A program made the position numbers and the translations under genes. The notes under the pieces are model-generated. The model did not search any database, was not told where the DNA came from, and worked only from the letters and a program-made list of their open reading frames with translations. DNA of 64,000 bases from Nostoc sp. (GTDB lineage Bacteria; Cyanobacteriota; Cyanobacteriia; Cyanobacteriales; Nostocaceae): contig JBALDB010000055.1 in the NCBI GenBank assembly GCA_036918135.1, positions 32,001-96,000 on the forward strand, given 5' to 3'. Positions 22,137 to 31,629 of this stretch are shown in pieces (positions within the stretch are counted from its first letter, which is position 1; the number at the start of each line of letters is the position of its first letter).

Positions 22137-22589
22137 TTATGTTTTTGCTTCTATTGAAAGGGAATGTTGAGGTTTAAATTCTGCCCATTCTTTGCATATA
22201 GCTTGGTAACATTGCGGTGGTGTAATAGGTAAATTAGTTAAAGAGAAAAACCCAGCCTGATTACCGTATTCCAACAAAAACACAACATCTATATGAGGAT
22301 TATACTTATCTACAGCTTCGAGAATATGAGCATTCATGAAGTGTCTTTGTAAAAGTACAGTATCGGGTGCTGCTAACCAAGCATTTAAGAAAGCTGCAAG
22401 ATTTTTACGCGGGATAAAATGCGCTCTAAATGTTTCACCACTCATACTTAAATACTGAGAATTGGTACTGCAAATTACCACACTGCGTTCTCCTCCTAAA
22501 TAACCAACCCAAGCGTTGTAACCAATTGCCAATAAGTTAGTGGCGATAAAATCTTGTTGCCAATCTTGAGTGTTTATTTCTGTAGTCAT
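22137..22589 (-). CDS. Hypothetical protein
   Basis: 150-aa ORF with an ATG start and a GAGG RBS-like sequence upstream. Confidence 0.65.
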   Translation of the reverse strand: MTTEINTQDWQQDFIATNLLAIGYNAWVGYLGGERSVVICSTNSQYLSMSGETFRAHFIPRKNLAAFLNAWLAAPDTVLLQRHFMNAHILEAVDKYNPHIDVVFLLEYGNQAGFFSLTNLPITPPQCYQAICKEWAEFKPQHSLSIEAKT

Positions 22590-22742
22590 CTCAAATTAAC
22601 CTCATAAATTGATAACTGCCAAAGTTGGATGGAATAACACAGATGACTCTCAAAAATAGTGCGTGCTGCTAACCCTTCAGCAATTGGCTTTTCTAACCAA
22701 CGCTTAAACACCCAACGAGCGAGTGTATGTAATGGAGGAACT

Positions 22743-23165
22743 GCGATCGCACCCAACACTTCTTCATCTTTAGTTCAGGGTTGTACAGCCAGTGTTTTAC
22801 CCGTTTACAGCAAATTCTTTTATGAAAAGTGGGCAAAGGGTTCAGTACCCATCGCACCGCCTTACATTCAGGATAATTTATGGTTCTATGTCGAGAATAA
22901 AACACTGGATCAGAAAAAAGTGGTGAAAGCGATCGCTACAATCCAACAATGGATTGACACTGGAATTTCAATGGAACTACTGTTTAATCTCAACGCTGGA
23001 GTTTATTTTCCTGACGAACCAGAGCGTTGTCTTACAGCTGTTGATATTTTTGAAACCCTAATGCTGGCTTGGGAATTGGGTTGTAAAGCAATCTACTATA
23101 TTCGCACTGTCCAAAAAGACAGTTTTAAAGAATCGAGCGAACAATGTGTTGCTTGTGCAAATTAA
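22743..23165 (+). pseudogene. nrdA: Ribonucleotide reductase class I alpha subunit, C-terminal fragment only
   Basis: AIAPNTSSS, QQWIDTGIS, KAIYYIRT (YY pair) and C-terminal CVAC; homology begins at the HIP1 site at 22743. Confidence 0.88.
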
Positions 23166-23166
23166 C

Positions 23167-23200
23167 TAGGGAGTAGGGAGTGGGGAGTAGGGAGTAGGGA
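23167..23200. repeat. Heptamer tandem repeat (TAGGGAG)n; inverted partner at 23616-23632
   Basis: Visible directly in the sequence. Confidence 0.85.
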
Positions 23201-23569
23201 TTAAGAAAGCTTTGCTTTCAAGGATTTTTGTAAACCTCGAAGCATTCGTTGTATTTCGTCAGTTTTGGTTAGGATTTATTTGAGTTTAGGATTGGTTATG
23301 TATTCCAATTGTTCGGCTACAATTAGTTGGGTTTCAAGTTCCGCCAAAGAACCGAGAGCGAACGCTATAAATCTAAGGAATTCTTATGTTGAATCTCTAG
23401 CATGACCTTCTGCCAAATTTGATGGTATCGATACTGCCACCCGTTGCATTTGGCTACTCAAACTATATGTTTCAGACTTAGGAAAATCTCGTGTTAATAG
23501 ATAAACTTGCTTGGTCAAACTTATACCCAACTGCCAAACTTTCAAATCCCGATAACTATTAATTGTCAT
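23201..23569 (-). pseudogene. Four-helix-bundle protein (23S rRNA IVS/S23, Avd-like fold) with two in-frame stops
   Basis: SYRDLKVWQ...FPKSETYSLSSQMQRVAVSIPSNLAEG...ST*EFLRFIAFALGSLAELETQL...K*ILTKTDEIQRML. Confidence 0.85.
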
Positions 23570-23645
23570 AGATGCTGAATCAGTATATATATCTTTTTTA
23601 ATCTTACTCCGCATTCCCTACTCCCTACTCCCTTTCAACAGAAAA

Positions 23646-24704
23646 ATGTACCAACCAAGACAATCTTTAATGCCGATTAATCCTGTTTTCAATCCGAACG
23701 GAAATGATGATACAGGAAACCGTTTGATATGGTTCGGAGAGACTACGAACTTAATGCAACTAAACGACGTTCGTTACTCGTGGGCTGTGTCTCTCTACCG
23801 TCAAATGCGTGAGAACTTCTGGGTTCCTGAAAAGATTGATATTACTCAGGACGTAACAGATTACGTCAATCTCACACCTAGAGAACGACGTGCATTTGAT
23901 GGCATCCTTAGTTATCTCACCTTTCTCGATTCAGTACAAACCTGTAATGTGCCTCACATCAAAAACAGTGTCACTGCACCAGAAATAGCGCTGTGCATGG
24001 CGGAACAAATTTCCCAAGAAGCAATGCACAATCAGTCTTATCAATACATTATTGAGACAGTGATTCCCAGCGATCGCCGGACACACGTCTATGATTTTTG
24101 GCGGAGCGATCGCATTCTCAAACAACGATGCGAATTCATTGCTGGATTATATCAAAAGTATGTCGATAACCCGACACCAGAAAATTATTTTGTATCGCTG
24201 TTAGCAGATTATTTGTTGGAAGGATTGTATTTCTACAACGGGTTTATATTTTTCTACAATCTGTCATCACGAATGCTGATGTCTGGAAGTGCCGATATTT
24301 TTAGAATGATTAACCGAGATGAACTCTCCCATGTGCGACTGTATCAAAAGTTGATTCCAGAAGCGATGCAAGTTTTTCCCCACAGCCGCGAACAAATTTA
24401 TGAAATGTTTGCTTTAGCTGTTGAGCATGAATGCAAGTGGACAGAACATATTGTTGGAGATAATATTCTTGGGATTACGGCAAATAGTACAGAACAGTAC
24501 ACAAAATATCTGGCAAATGCTCGCTTGAAGGCGATCGGTTTAAAGCCATTATTTCCAGAAGCTATCTACAAGAAAAGCCCCTATACTCACTTGGAACGTT
24601 TCTCAGATACTAAAAAAGAAGCGAATACAAAAGCAAACTTTTTTGAGGCGAGTGTGACCAGTTATGTTATGTCATCTAGCATTGAAGGTTGGGATGATTT
24701 CTAA
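23646..24704 (+). CDS. nrdB: Ribonucleotide reductase class Ia beta subunit
   Basis: FWVPE, LTFLD, EAMHNQSY (radical Tyr), LEGLYFYNGF, RDELSH, NFFE. Confidence 0.93.
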   Translation: MYQPRQSLMPINPVFNPNGNDDTGNRLIWFGETTNLMQLNDVRYSWAVSLYRQMRENFWVPEKIDITQDVTDYVNLTPRERRAFDGILSYLTFLDSVQTCNVPHIKNSVTAPEIALCMAEQISQEAMHNQSYQYIIETVIPSDRRTHVYDFWRSDRILKQRCEFIAGLYQKYVDNPTPENYFVSLLADYLLEGLYFYNGFIFFYNLSSRMLMSGSADIFRMINRDELSHVRLYQKLIPEAMQVFPHSREQIYEMFALAVEHECKWTEHIVGDNILGITANSTEQYTKYLANARLKAIGLKPLFPEAIYKKSPYTHLERFSDTKKEANTKANFFEASVTSYVMSSSIEGWDDF

Positions 24705-24770
24705 GAGAGGTTTATTATTGGTTTAGATGTGCAGACGCGATATATCGCGTTTTTATAATCCTCCATGAAG

Positions 24771-24922
24771 GGTGGTTATACGGAAAAATTCGGTATAATA
24801 CCCAAACAAGGGGGTAAAAAAGAAGTTTTCCGTATATTCAGACAGGAATTCGTTGTAATGCTTGATATATTAGGATTGAAAAAAGATTATACAGAAAGTT
24901 TCCGTATAATAAATAGTTATGC
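24771..24922 (+). mobile_element. attI-like integron platform site, ending in G/TTATGC at 24916
   Basis: Repeated TATACGGAAA/TTTCCGTATA dyads; immediately followed by GTTATGCATAC, which is complementary to the R'' box of the first attC. Confidence 0.55.
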
Positions 24923-24973
24923 ATACTTTTTGAGGAAAGGTGAACAGACTCAAGTCCTCTTGCTTCGTTATGA

Positions 24974-25816
24974 TTGATTACTGACCAATCAAGTTGTTAC
25001 GCAGCTTTTCTGACAAACCACCTTGATTCTATGGAAACATTTGAAGCAAAAATCCTTGAGATTGCTAGAAAGCAGCCCAATTCCGAAGCTCAATACTACT
25101 CAATAACTTTTACTGCCAACTCAAGCGGAGAAGTGTTTTCGTCATGCTACTCTCACTTTGTTGGATGGGAGAATTCAGAAAGACGGATTGAGTTACGGGC
25201 AGCTTCATTAGTTAAAGCTGATACAATACTGAACTTTTATCGAAGCATTGGAGAAAGTTGTCTAGTTATCGACAGTTTTGAAGAGGTGGCTATTTTCCTG
25301 CTTTATGGTGGACATGGTTTAGTCGAGAAGACCGTTGCTAAAAACGCCCTTGCAGATGAACTCAAACCTCAGCCGTGTATTTGGACTAATGAATTTGGTG
25401 GGTTTAAGCATCCTTTATCCTTACCAAAAGAAGTGTTCAATCGCGCTCCTTCTCCAAAGCAACGGATGAGGGTTATGCAAAGAGATGATTTTCGATGTCG
25501 CGTCTGTGGGCGCAGGCCGGCTGATTATGTTGATGTTGAGTTGCATATTCACCATATTCGACCGTGGGCGCAGGGCGGGATAACGCAAGATGAAAATCTC
25601 ATCACCCTTTGCCACACTTGTCATAAAGGACTAGATCCGCACTACAATCCAAAGCTGTTCGATTTAATTTCATCAACAAGAACAGAAATCGATCCAGAAC
25701 AGCCATCGGAACTTTATTGGCAAGGTGTTCAGTAGTACTACGAGACAATGACAAAAATGCTGTCCGGGAAGATAGGTGTTGGTAAGAAGTCTAAACAACG
25801 CAAGAAAGCAAAGTAA
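24974..25816 (+). CDS. HNH endonuclease-domain protein (gene cassette); TAG at 25733 may be premature
   Basis: RDDFRCRVCG...LHIHHI.PWAQGG...NLITLCHTCH; the frame continues 26 codons past the TAG to a TAA just before the attC. Confidence 0.8.
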
Positions 25817-25832
25817 CGTGGTTGCGATGTAT

Positions 25833-25921
25833 GCCTAACAATCCCGTTGCACACCGACCGTATCAAGTTTCTGCGTTGCGTTCGAGAGGTTGTTTGCGGC
25901 GGGTGAACGGGGTCGTTGAAT
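25833..25921 (+). mobile_element. attC site 1
   Basis: GCCTAAC...GTTGAAT; arm CCCGTT[G]CAC[A]CCG[A]CCG pairs with CGGCGGGTGAACGGG, leaving extrahelical bases. Confidence 0.8.
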
Positions 25922-26010
25922 AGTTGTAGCGATCGCCTCGCCACAATTGTTCATCAAACGTTAGATTTACTCAAAATCAAATCGGTATAATCAGTTGTAC
26001 AATCTCTCCC

Positions 26011-26782
26011 ATGTATGACGATACCTGCTGATTCCTTGCCGAACACATCTGGGCCGACTTCGCCAGTTGGCTGTTAGGAAAGCCTGTCACGATGACAGAA
26101 CTCAAACCCTCTGAACTCTCTCTCGATCCGATTCGCGCCGATGCCCTAATTTTGCTGCAATCAGACGAATCTGTTTTGCATATCGAGTTTCAAACATTTC
26201 CCAAGAACAATATTCCATTCCGTATTTTGGATTACCGCGTGCGAATGTACCGCAAAGATCCAACCAAACCAATGCGGCAAGTTGTGATTTACCTGAAGCA
26301 GACTAGCTCAGAGTTGGTTTATCAAACGAGTTTCACAATGGAACGCACACGTCATGAATTTGATGTCATTCGATTGTGGGAGCAACCTGCCTCACTCTTT
26401 TTGCAATATCCTGGACTATTGCCCTTTGCTACACTGGGACAGACGGCATAATCCAGTAGAGACATTACGCCAAGCAACTGAGATTGTAGATCGGATTCAA
26501 GACCCAACGACACAGGCGAATTTGATAGCAGCCTCAGCAATTCTGGCTGGGTTAAGATTAGAGCAAGACATAATTTATAGTCTAGTGCAAAGAGACATTA
26601 TGCAGGAATCTGTGATTTACCGTTCGATTCAGGAAGAAGCAGAGGCAAGAAAACAGAGAGAGATTGCCAATAATTTACTAAGGGAAGGTTTACTGATTGA
26701 GATGGTTGCTCGTGTAATAGGCTTATCGATAGAGGAAGTTCAACAACTTCACCAGCAACTGAATCAGTCTCCACAAAATTAG
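26011..26782 (+). pseudogene. Rpn-family (PD-(D/E)XK, DUF4351-like) putative nuclease/transposase
   Basis: MYDDTC*FLAE, PSELSLDPIRAD, LHIEFQT, MQESVIY; TGA at codon 7 and a frameshift near 26448. Confidence 0.85.
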
Positions 26783-26803
26783 CCCCAACTGTGTGGCGAT
26801 CGC

Positions 26804-26900
26804 GTCGGTTTAGAGCAATTATGGACACAAGCTATCTACAAGAAAAGTCCCTATACTCACTTGGAGCGTTTTTCAGATACCAAGAAAGAAGCTTACACAA
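26804..26900 (+). pseudogene. nrdB: Diverged second copy of the nrdB 3' segment
   Basis: VGLEQLWTQAIYKKSPYTHLERFSDTKKEAYT matches about 24535-24630. Confidence 0.8.
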
Positions 26901-26977
26901 TAAATAGTTAGCTTGACTTGAACCTGTCTATGACTAACCTGCTACCCTCTATATGTAAGGTTCAGGAGTTAAGAAAA

Positions 26978-27628
26978 ATGGAAAAGGCATTTGGGCTAGA
27001 AGTTCCTGAAAATTTGGAGGATGCCTGCGAACTTAATCGAACAGCTTTGATCGTTTATGATATGCAAATAGGCATCTTTAGCCAGTTAAATGACGGCTCT
27101 AACATAAAAACTCAGGTCATAAAAGTTCTTCAAGCAGCGCGAGAAGTTGGTTTGCGCGTATTCTTTATGCGGCATATGTCATTACCCAAAGAATTGTCGG
27201 GTGTCTTTCAACTGAAGACAGCTAAGGCATGGCAAAGAGTAACCTCAGTTGATGATGTAAAACCTTGGTTTCTTCCTGACTCACCCGGATTTCAATTAAT
27301 TCCTGAAATAACTCCACTTCCTTCCGAAGGAATTTTTAATAAAATCACGATGTCTGCATTTGAGGGAACGCCTCTCGACATTGCCTTACGCGACTGTGGC
27401 ATTCACACTGTAATTATAGTAGGTGTAGCAACTGAAATCGGGATTGAGCCGACAATTCGCCATGCTGCCGATCTTGGCTATATCCCAATCATGGTCACTG
27501 ATGCTTGTGGAGCGGGTAATGAAGAAGCTGGTCAGCGAGCCGTTGCTAGCCTTAAATTTATGGGGGATGCCTTCTTCACAACTGTAGAGGAAATAAGCTT
27601 AATACTTCGCAAGAAAGCTAAAATCTAA
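26978..27628 (+). CDS. Isochorismatase-family cysteine hydrolase (gene cassette)
   Basis: TALIVYDMQ, KITMSAFEGTPLD, GVATEIGIEPT, DACGA; attC follows 30 nt after the stop. Confidence 0.85.
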   Translation: MEKAFGLEVPENLEDACELNRTALIVYDMQIGIFSQLNDGSNIKTQVIKVLQAAREVGLRVFFMRHMSLPKELSGVFQLKTAKAWQRVTSVDDVKPWFLPDSPGFQLIPEITPLPSEGIFNKITMSAFEGTPLDIALRDCGIHTVIIVGVATEIGIEPTIRHAADLGYIPIMVTDACGAGNEEAGQRAVASLKFMGDAFFTTVEEISLILRKKAKI

Positions 27629-27657
27629 AGCGGTTTCAGGCGCAATCACAATGCACA

Positions 27658-27745
27658 GCCTAACAAACGTGTTGCAGCGGAACTTATCAGCCTGCCTAGT
27701 TGAGTTGCAAAGGCGATCGGCGTCCGCTGAACACAATCGTTACGG
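27658..27745 (+). mobile_element. attC site 2
   Basis: GCCTAAC...GTTACGG; GTGTT[G]CAGCGGA pairs with TCCGCTGAACAC, leaving an extrahelical G. Confidence 0.8.
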
Positions 27746-27971
27746 AGGGACATTATGCAGGAATCAGTCATTTATCGGTCTATTCAGGAAGAGGCAGAGG
27801 CAAGAGCAGAAACAAGAAAGCAAAGAGAAATTGCCAATAATTCACTAAGGGAAGGCTTACCGATTGAGATGGTTGCTCGTGTAACAGGCTTATCAATTGA
27901 AGAAGTCCAACAACTTCAACAGCAACTGAATGAGTCTCCACAAAATTAGCCCCAACTGTATGGTGATCGCG
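27746..27971 (+). pseudogene. Second copy of the Rpn 3' end plus trailer
   Basis: MQESVIYRSIQEEAEAR...LNESPQN* and trailer are near-duplicates of 26591-26804. Confidence 0.85.
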
Positions 27972-28037
27972 GCATAACAACCCGGTTGAAGCGCACTGAT
28001 AAAGAAAGGTTATCAGTGTTGTCGCAAAAGCGATCGC
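27972..28037 (+). mobile_element. Truncated attC site 3 (left arm only)
   Basis: GCATAAC AAC CCGGTT[G]AAGCG...; no right arm after HIP1 28030-28037. Confidence 0.55.
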
Positions 28038-28201
28038 TGCACACAACTTTATGATTTTTGGCATTTGGTTGCTTTACAATGGACATTAAACCTTGAAATT
28101 AAGTGGCGGCAATGGATAATACGGATCATTGCCTAGTGGAGAATAGCTTGTCAGCTGACTTAGTATCTGCGACAGAGTTACAGCGCTAATGCGTCAGAGT
28201 T

Positions 28202-28338
28202 GGTGGTTATATGGAAAAATTCGGTATATACCAGAATCAGGATGTAAAAAAGAATTTTCCGTATATTCAAATAGGAGTTCGTTGTAATGCTTCATATATT
28301 AGCAATTGAAAAAGAGATTATACCGAAACTTTCAGTAT
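28202..28338 (+). repeat. Diverged second copy of the attI-like element, lacking the terminal AATAAATAGTT
   Basis: Aligns by eye with 24771-24908. Confidence 0.75.
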
Positions 28339-28395
28339 GTTGAGTTCAACAATAAGAAGAGAGCAAAACTCTCAAACTAACCTCTGAGTCTAGTT

Positions 28396-30654
28396 TTACT
28401 GCGATTTTACAGTTGTGTTTGCTTCCTCTCGCAAGACTTTCGTCGCTTCTACCATGTTTTTTAAAGCTGGAATCACCTCTGACCAACGACGAGTTTTCAA
28501 ACCACAATCTGGGTTCACCCAAATTTGTTTTACAGGTAAATTAGCAACTCCAGTCCGTAATTGCTCTAAAATCTGTTCAGTTGTCGGCACAACAGGACTA
28601 TGAATGTCATAAACTCCATTACCAACTTGATGTGAGTAGCCACCCTCTGTAATTTCTCGTAGAGTTTGATTGTTACTGCGACTATTTTCAATGGAAATTA
28701 CATCAGCATCTAACCGTTCGATATCCTTGATAATGTCACCAAATTCGCAGTAGCACATGTGAGTGTGAATTTGGGTTTGGGGTTGGGCTATTGCTGTCGC
28801 CAACCGAAATGCATCTACAGCCCAAGAAAGATATTCACTCCACCGTTGAGGCTTTAAAGGTAAACCCTCACGTAGCGCTGGTTCATCTACTTGAATTACC
28901 TTTGCACCAGCTGCTTCCAAATCCGCTACCTCATCCCGCAACGCTAAAGCAATTTGAAAAGCTTGTTCTGACTTGGAAACATCTATCTGAGGGTAAGACC
29001 AATTTAAGATAGTTACAGGAGCAGTCAACATCCCTTTTACAGGTTTTTCCGTCAATGATTGAGCTACTTTAAACTCACGTACCGTCATTGGCGTAGTGCG
29101 AACCACATCACCGTAAATAATTGGTGGACGGACGTAACGGCTACCATAGCTTTGTACCCAGCCATTTTCAGTGAAAGCAAAACCTGACAACTGCTGTCCA
29201 AAAAATTCCACCATATCGGTGCGTTCAAATTCACCGTGTACTAAAACATCTAACCCTAATTCCTCTTGTAGTTTAATACTTTTGGCTATTTGAGCATCAA
29301 TAGCAGCTTCATATTCTGACTGATTCAATTCACCCCTTTTATAACGCACCCGGAGTTGACGAACTTCAGAGGTTTGGGGAAAGGAACCAATTGTGGTTGT
29401 TGGGAACATCGGCAGAGGAATTTGAGAATCCAGCCGCAATCCGTAGGATAATGAGCGCTGAAAATCATCAATCTTCAGAGTTTTTAGTCTTTGTTGAACT
29501 GACTGATTGGCTGGACTAAACTCCTCGAATGTACTCCAGGTTGACTCAATAAATTCTTGCTCTATTTTAGTATTGTCACCTTTTATTGTTCGAGCCAAGA
29601 AAACCACTTCTTGAAGTTTCTGTTCGGCAAAGCTCAAGACATTGCGTAGCTGTGATGGTAATCGTTTTTCTCGTTTGGCATCGTAGGGAACGAACTGTAA
29701 GGAAGCAGATGGTTGAATATCTAGAGATGTTCCATGTAATGTCTCTACAATCTCTTGTAATATGGGAATAACTTTCTCTGGACGAACTTGCCAAATATTT
29801 CTTGCATCTATGATCCCTACTCCTAGTCGCTTATTTTGCGGGAAACCGTGAGTTTTGATTAACTCTGAGTTGCGTCCGCGTGTCAAATCTAAGCTAATAG
29901 CAGCAACTGGTAAATCTATTACCCAGGGGTAGGTTTCACCTAAGTCATCAAAATAAGTAACTAGATGCAAAGATATTCCTACTGCATCTAGCGAATTATA
30001 GACAGTTTGAAAATGTTCTTTACAAGAATTAGCATCACCTAAAACAAGTGCTGGCTCATGTATTTGTACTTCTGCTATTCCTAGATTCTTCAGTTCTGTA
30101 AGCAGGTTAACATAGAGTGGCAAGAGTTTTGATACTGCCTCGTCTATTTTTAATTCCAGTCGGCTCAAACGTAGTAGAGTGCATGGGCCCAACACTATAG
30201 GAATTGCTTTTTTACCCAATATATTTTGAGCGCGAGACACAGTTTCTATAAAGTCTCTGAAATCGGCTGGTAATATATCTGTTGCAATTTCTGGGACAAG
30301 ATAGTGGTAGTTAGTGTCAAACCACTTAGTCATTTCCAAGGCTGGAATTCCTTCTTGACCCCGCGCCATCACAAAGTAGCGTTCTAACCCACTAAATTGC
30401 TGAAATCTTTGAGGAATTAGACCAAAACGAAATATCCAATCAAGTACATGGTCGTAGAGAGTTGTGTCTCCAATACCAATGCGGTCAATTCCGGCTTCTA
30501 GTTGAGTTTTCCAGTTAGATTCCTCGACTTGTCGCATCGTTTGCAGTAATGATTCTGCCTCTAGCTTGCCACTCCAAAATGCTTCTAATGCTTTTTTAAC
30601 TTCCCGATTTTTACCGATACGAGGATAGCCTAATGTTGCGGTTTGAATCTGCAT
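28396..30654 (-). CDS. metE: Cobalamin-independent methionine synthase
   Basis: LGYPRIG, MTKWFDTNYHY, TTTIGSFPQT, HGEFERTDMVE, HTHMCY, WVNPDCGLKTR. Confidence 0.97.
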   Translation of the reverse strand: MQIQTATLGYPRIGKNREVKKALEAFWSGKLEAESLLQTMRQVEESNWKTQLEAGIDRIGIGDTTLYDHVLDWIFRFGLIPQRFQQFSGLERYFVMARGQEGIPALEMTKWFDTNYHYLVPEIATDILPADFRDFIETVSRAQNILGKKAIPIVLGPCTLLRLSRLELKIDEAVSKLLPLYVNLLTELKNLGIAEVQIHEPALVLGDANSCKEHFQTVYNSLDAVGISLHLVTYFDDLGETYPWVIDLPVAAISLDLTRGRNSELIKTHGFPQNKRLGVGIIDARNIWQVRPEKVIPILQEIVETLHGTSLDIQPSASLQFVPYDAKREKRLPSQLRNVLSFAEQKLQEVVFLARTIKGDNTKIEQEFIESTWSTFEEFSPANQSVQQRLKTLKIDDFQRSLSYGLRLDSQIPLPMFPTTTIGSFPQTSEVRQLRVRYKRGELNQSEYEAAIDAQIAKSIKLQEELGLDVLVHGEFERTDMVEFFGQQLSGFAFTENGWVQSYGSRYVRPPIIYGDVVRTTPMTVREFKVAQSLTEKPVKGMLTAPVTILNWSYPQIDVSKSEQAFQIALALRDEVADLEAAGAKVIQVDEPALREGLPLKPQRWSEYLSWAVDAFRLATAIAQPQTQIHTHMCYCEFGDIIKDIERLDADVISIENSRSNNQTLREITEGGYSHQVGNGVYDIHSPVVPTTEQILEQLRTGVANLPVKQIWVNPDCGLKTRRWSEVIPALKNMVEATKVLREEANTTVKSQ

Positions 30655-30729
30655 GATTTGTTATTCCTTTGAAGATTAAATAATTAGGCACTATGAACTG
30701 GAAACTGGTAATTTTCACCCAGTCTTCCA

Positions 30730-31140
30730 TTAACAACAACTTATGTTTAATTGCGTCCACTTACTTTGTGGTGGAATCTTTGCTAGAATTCCTTTTCTTA
30801 GAGGTTCAGGTCGTTCTGACCATAGTAGTGAACCATCACTTTTAGCATAGTATTGACTGGCACATTGCAATATTGCAGATGCAAAACTATCATTTGATAA
30901 ATCGCCAAACAAATAGGTTGGTTTCCCCGATCCAACAAAAGCAATTACACAAGAACGGTTACAAGCACTCATACATTCAACTCCCTGAATAGAGAATTTA
31001 TTTTGCAATTCCCAATTGAATGCAAGTTGTTGTAGATGTAGTAATAGTTGCTGACCGCCACTTTCTCCAATTCGCTTGCCATCTTGCCACACGCTAGCGC
31101 AGGTCGTGCAAACAAATAAAGTATGTTCTTTGTTGAGCAT
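30730..31140 (-). CDS. DUF1636 Cys-rich metal-binding protein
   Basis: LFVCTTC, VECMSACNRSC, YLFGDL, ERPEPLRKGILAKIPP. Confidence 0.85.
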   Translation of the reverse strand: MLNKEHTLFVCTTCASVWQDGKRIGESGGQQLLLHLQQLAFNWELQNKFSIQGVECMSACNRSCVIAFVGSGKPTYLFGDLSNDSFASAILQCASQYYAKSDGSLLWSERPEPLRKGILAKIPPQSKWTQLNISCC

Positions 31141-31629
31141 TAATTTTGATGTGTGTAGGATTAAGTCCCAAGCGCAGATATTACACAGTTTTGTCAGCAT
31201 GAAATCTAACCTTGCTGACTGTGCAATCTATCTGTTGCGAACTATTAGTAATAATTGACCAACAATTCCTTGATAGTAAAATCCGCAGATTTGTCTGTAG
31301 AATCAATTCAAAATCTCAAATTGGATCATCAGTATCAGGTCAGATGATACAAGAACAGCTGTTATCAAGTAGCTGTTGATGTCCTTTTAAAAAAAGACTA
31401 CTACTTTTTATATCAGTGATAATCGTGCCAAATAACCCAGTAGTACAGACACTTCCTGAAAAATACACTTTTAGACGCAATTTGTACCGCCAATTAACTA
31501 TTTATCATTTCCTCACAAGCCGTGACTTGAAGTGTATCTTTGGTGCAATGAAGAAATAAAATTGATTGATTGTAAAAATATTCATATTTGCGCTTATCTA
31601 TACCTCGTAGATTTTAGCAGGAGTTAACT

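Noticed and set aside
24765..24977. 70-aa ORF upstream of the HNH gene
   Set aside because: Coincides with the dyad-rich attI-like element, whose second copy at 28202 does not keep the frame
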